From the NCBI RefSeq assembly GCF_009914755.1, contig NC_060927.1: 64,000 nt of DNA. One strand, given 5' to 3'. Origin of the DNA: the human T2T-CHM13v2.0 reference genome, Homo sapiens. A program made the translations under genes and the position numbers. Under the pieces are notes generated by a model, which saw nothing but the letters and a program-made list of their open reading frames with translations, was not told the DNA's origin and made no database searches. This document shows, one piece after another, positions 59,076-64,000 of this stretch. How positions within the stretch are numbered: position 1 is the first letter of the stretch; every line of letters begins with the position of its first letter.

Positions 59076-60399
59076 GGAAAAGCTGTTTAAGACAGACACA
59101 TAACAATGATTATGTTAACAATGATAGCTGATTTGCTAAAAAAATTCCATGAATCAAAATTTTCTTTGCACAAAGTTGTTTAACTTATTAAGGTTTTACA
59201 GCAGAAAAGGAATACTGATAAATGCTTCTGTTGAAACAAGGAAAAAACAGGACAAAAACAACTTTTCAAAAACTTTATTTAAAAATATATATGGGAAAAC
59301 ACATTTTATGCTGTAAAAAAGAAAGTTCTTGCATATATAGAAGCTAGTGCCAAAATAATAAATAGCATTGGAAAGGTATTGTAAAGAACCGTGCTGAACA
59401 AGAGAAGCTCCTAAAGATATTAAAACCACCCACAAATGAATCAGAAAAAAGCTGCAGTTGAGAGATGACTAGAAATGTATTGGTAGCTGAGCTGGGAACA
59501 GTTTTCAACATGCTTTATTTCTAAACATTCCATCTTTTCTGCACTAGTATGTCCAGTAAGGTCAATGACTATAGAAAATGCTCAAGTATAGACAGAGGAT
59601 TCACAGATATCTGAAAGTCACGCTTCTTGAAGATTATCAGTTTAAAATCTGTGAATCACTGCTACTTTTTTTTTTTTTTCCATTATGAGCAGTCTTTTTC
59701 CCAAAGGAATCCTGCCTGATGAGTAGGAGTACATTGTTTGAAAGAACTACAGAAGTACTTCTTAGGTGTTTTTCCCCTTTAGCAAAATGTTGGGAAGATG
59801 GAGGAGTATTCAGCATGAGGTATGCTGTCATTATATTTATTCTGGGCCTTTCAGCACTGTAATTTATTTCTGTGCCAAAACAATATGAATTGTTAAAAAA
59901 TGTGCTTCTCCAAAATATGAAACAGTTGGACTGGATCCCTATTGAATTATGCACATATCTTAGCTAAAAGAATGGTATTTTCTGAATAATAAAAATCATA
60001 CTTTTTTGCAGAAACAAAAAACTCAAAATATTTATCAGTACATTTTAAGGGCTATTCTCCCAATTGGACCTAAAATGAACTTTAAAAAAATTCAAATGGT
60101 TCTCAGAAAGCCCACAACATTTATTTAGAACAGATTGTATCTACCATCTCTTATCTTTTTACTGAGATGATTCTTCCTAGTAATGAAGAATCCTAAATGG
60201 AATTGGCATCTAAATTTTAGAAATACAAAATCACTTTATTGTGCATGAAGATACTTCTAGAATAAATATAGTCACATCATCTGTTTATGATAAGGAAATT
60301 GGTAGCTTGAGTGAGGGAACAATTAAAAGTGTTAAAAAAATGAGCACTGGACAGTGTTAACAATTTCCTGTGCTGTGATTATTGCGCGAAGGGAAAGGA

Positions 60400-60655
60400 A
60401 GTTTCCATTCATTGAACACCCTCTGTGGGTAAAGTACTCTTCTGATGCTTTCATACATGTTCTCATGGAATCCTCAGAGCCACATGCAAAGTGTGGAAAC
60501 TGTATTATGCCTTATGTGTTATTATGTATCATGTCAGAGATGAGATTACTGAGTCGCAGAGAAGTTAAGATCATTCAATTAGTGAGTAGAAGCTCTGAGT
60601 TTGAATCCAGATGTAAAGTCTCAAGTTCGGTGCTCTTTTCTCTAAATCACACTGC
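60400..60655 (-). mobile_element. MIR
   Basis: ccattcattgaacaccctctgtg...aatcctcagagcc...gagatgagattactgagtcgcagagaagttaag...tttgaatccagatgt. Confidence 0.7.
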
Positions 60656-60898
60656 TTACATTATTTATTATTATTTTATATGTGTTTGTATTTAAACACT
60701 CCCCAAAATGCTCTGAATTTCCACTGCTAGGTGAGTTCTTTAATGTCAGGGGTAATGATTTGAATGTTTCTGAGCTCATAATATATTCCGTATTAGTGAC
60801 TGGCATATGGTTGGTCCTTATAAATATTTGTTAAATAGATTCCAATATTGACAACATACAAGAAATACATCTTGCTTCATTTGTCAAAAAAAGGTGGT

Positions 60899-61278
60899 TG
60901 ATATGGTCTGGCTCTGTGTCCCCAACCAAAATCTCATCTTGAATTGTAATTAGAATTATAATCCCCATGTGTTGGGGAAGGGACCTCATGGGAGGTAATT
61001 AGATTGTGAGTGTGGTTCCTCCAAGTTGCTCTCATGATAGTGAGTTAGTTCTCATGAGATCTGTTGGTTTTATAGGGGACTTTTCTCCCCTGTGTTCTGC
61101 ACTTCTCCTTCCTGCCGCCATGTGAAGAAGGACGTAGTTGCTTCCCCTTCCTTCATGATTATAAGTTTCCTGAGGCCTCCCAGCCATGCTGAACTGTGAG
61201 TTAATTAAACCTCTTCCCTTTATAAATTACTCAGTCTCGGGTATGTCTTTATTAGCAGCTTGAGAATGCACTAGTACA
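60899..61278 (+). mobile_element. THE1 (ERVL-MaLR) solo LTR
   Basis: TGatatggtctggctctgtgtcccc...aatctcatcttgaattgtaa...aattaaacctcttccctttataaattac...ctagtaCA; 5-bp TSD gtggt / gtggc. Confidence 0.95.
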
Positions 61279-62639
61279 GTGGCAGAATGGCACAACTGTC
61301 GAGCCATTTAGACATTTTGAAGATAAATGTTATATAAATACATCATTATATTTCTGCGGAAATGACAAGGTTTACATAATTGACATTGAGGAATCTCGCA
61401 TGTGTAAACAGTGCTAATCTTCTGTCTACTTTAAATCTTGTTATCAAAAAAATTCTATTGGGTATGTATTCAGAAATAGTTGCTAGGACAACATAAAAAA
61501 GTTAAAAAGATATGTATTTCAATGGGAAACATTTAAATTTTACCTATGTGGTTTTATGCATTTCTTAATGTGCAGAGAAAAGAAATAAACTGTTGTTGAA
61601 AGATCTAAAATAGTAGTGACCAAATTCTCTTGGTACATTGTTTCCCTAATATGAAGTTTGTCATAATTATTCATGTTTTTTTGGATTTGTAATTGGTATT
61701 AATTTCGGCCTTCCATTGGCATTATAACTTAGTGCTTCCAAAATGCATTTTCTTTATATGCCTGACACTTTTCCTGAACACATGAAGGACAGAAAATGGC
61801 TATTCATCCTTGTGTCCCTGCAGGCATCTAATGGGTGAATTCATACTTTACCATACTGTTGTATGTGATTGAGGATATAAATTGTGATATACTTGGAGAA
61901 AGCATCATGCCTGTCATGAAAGCTCTGACCTTACATCTTCTCTTATATGTCAATTGACTTTGAGTTCCTGATAAGTGATATCATAATGTTGTAGTAAATA
62001 TATATATATATAATTTTGAGTTCCTGATAAAATCACTATGACACTATCAGCTTTTCCCACCTCTGACCATTGATGTAGATAAATATAAGCTTAAGTATCC
62101 TCCTTTAGAAAATGAAATGTCCTATTGATAGGATACAATCGATGTAATTCTGGACCAAACCATTAGCTCAGATGTATTTTCCCCAAAATGTATGTCATTT
62201 TATATGCAATTTATACAGTCAGAGTTAAAAGCTACACTATGAAGGGAGTTGAAAAAATGCCTAATGTATTGGTGTTAAAACAAGTTATTGTTTTTGAAGG
62301 GAAATTGTGTTGTTAGAAATTGTGTTGATACAGTCTTGTTTTAATCAGAGGATGTCAGAGTTTAAGGATGTCTCCTTATAGAAATCTGATTAATGGATCA
62401 ACCATTCCCTAACAGGGACTCTCTTGGTGATGCTCCTTCTTTGAAGATGATCCCAGTTATTTTTGGATGTGTTGTACATTCATTGCTGTCCTGAAGGTGA
62501 AAACTCTGCTCCAGTGAAAAGTTTTTTAAAAGTTCATTTGCATGAATACTAACTAAAATGTCAATAAAGATGAGAAGCTTTATTCATAATAGTTTTTTAA
62601 TGGCCCTCAGCATTAAGACATCTTAAATTCTAAAAACAA

Positions 62640-63747
<1,108 letters not shown>

Positions 63748-63811
63748 CATTTTTTTATAATAGCAAAACCTGGAAACATATATAACTTCTTAATTTAATA
63801 ATGTATTATGT

Positions 63812-64000
63812 CTCATTCATTCATGCGTGTAATTCACAAACATTTATTTATCTTCAATTGAAGGCACAAGGGATACAATGTGATTTCCTTAAGAAGCTTA
63901 CAGTCTAGTAGGAAGAAACGGACCTGTGAATAATATGATCATTTAAATACTATAATTGGCATTTGTCCAGATTATTATGAGTTCAGAAAATAGGCAGTGA
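63812..64000 (-). mobile_element. L2 3' end fragment
   Basis: ctcattcattcat...acaaacatttatt...ccttaagaagcttacagtctagtaggaaga. Confidence 0.6.

Overview
Primate (most likely human) autosomal DNA from the neuroligin-1 (NLGN1) gene, transcribed on the + strand. The window holds the 813-nt first coding exon (91-903; ATG at 411), the 60-nt splice-site-A1 cassette exon (1346-1405, not in the ORF track) and about 62 kb of the following very long intron. No further known NLGN1 exon was recognised. The intron is mostly ancient repeats (L2, MIR, L1M, MaLR/ERV1 solo LTRs, hAT MERs, eight antisense Alus) plus a degraded TMEM229B retrocopy nested inside an L1. Main signals: back-splicing of 91-903 reproduces the published circNlgn/Nlgn173 ORF and predicts an A1-containing 193-aa variant; a dense RBFOX-motif cluster surrounds an unannotated strong acceptor before exon A1; there are candidate cryptic exons (a 15-nt in-frame microexon and a 49-nt frameshifting exon near 54-55 kb) and nested palindromes typical of template switching. 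I cannot support a wholly new biological system from sequence alone. Repeat boundaries are approximate unless a TSD is quoted, and family names come from recalled consensus sequences, not a search.
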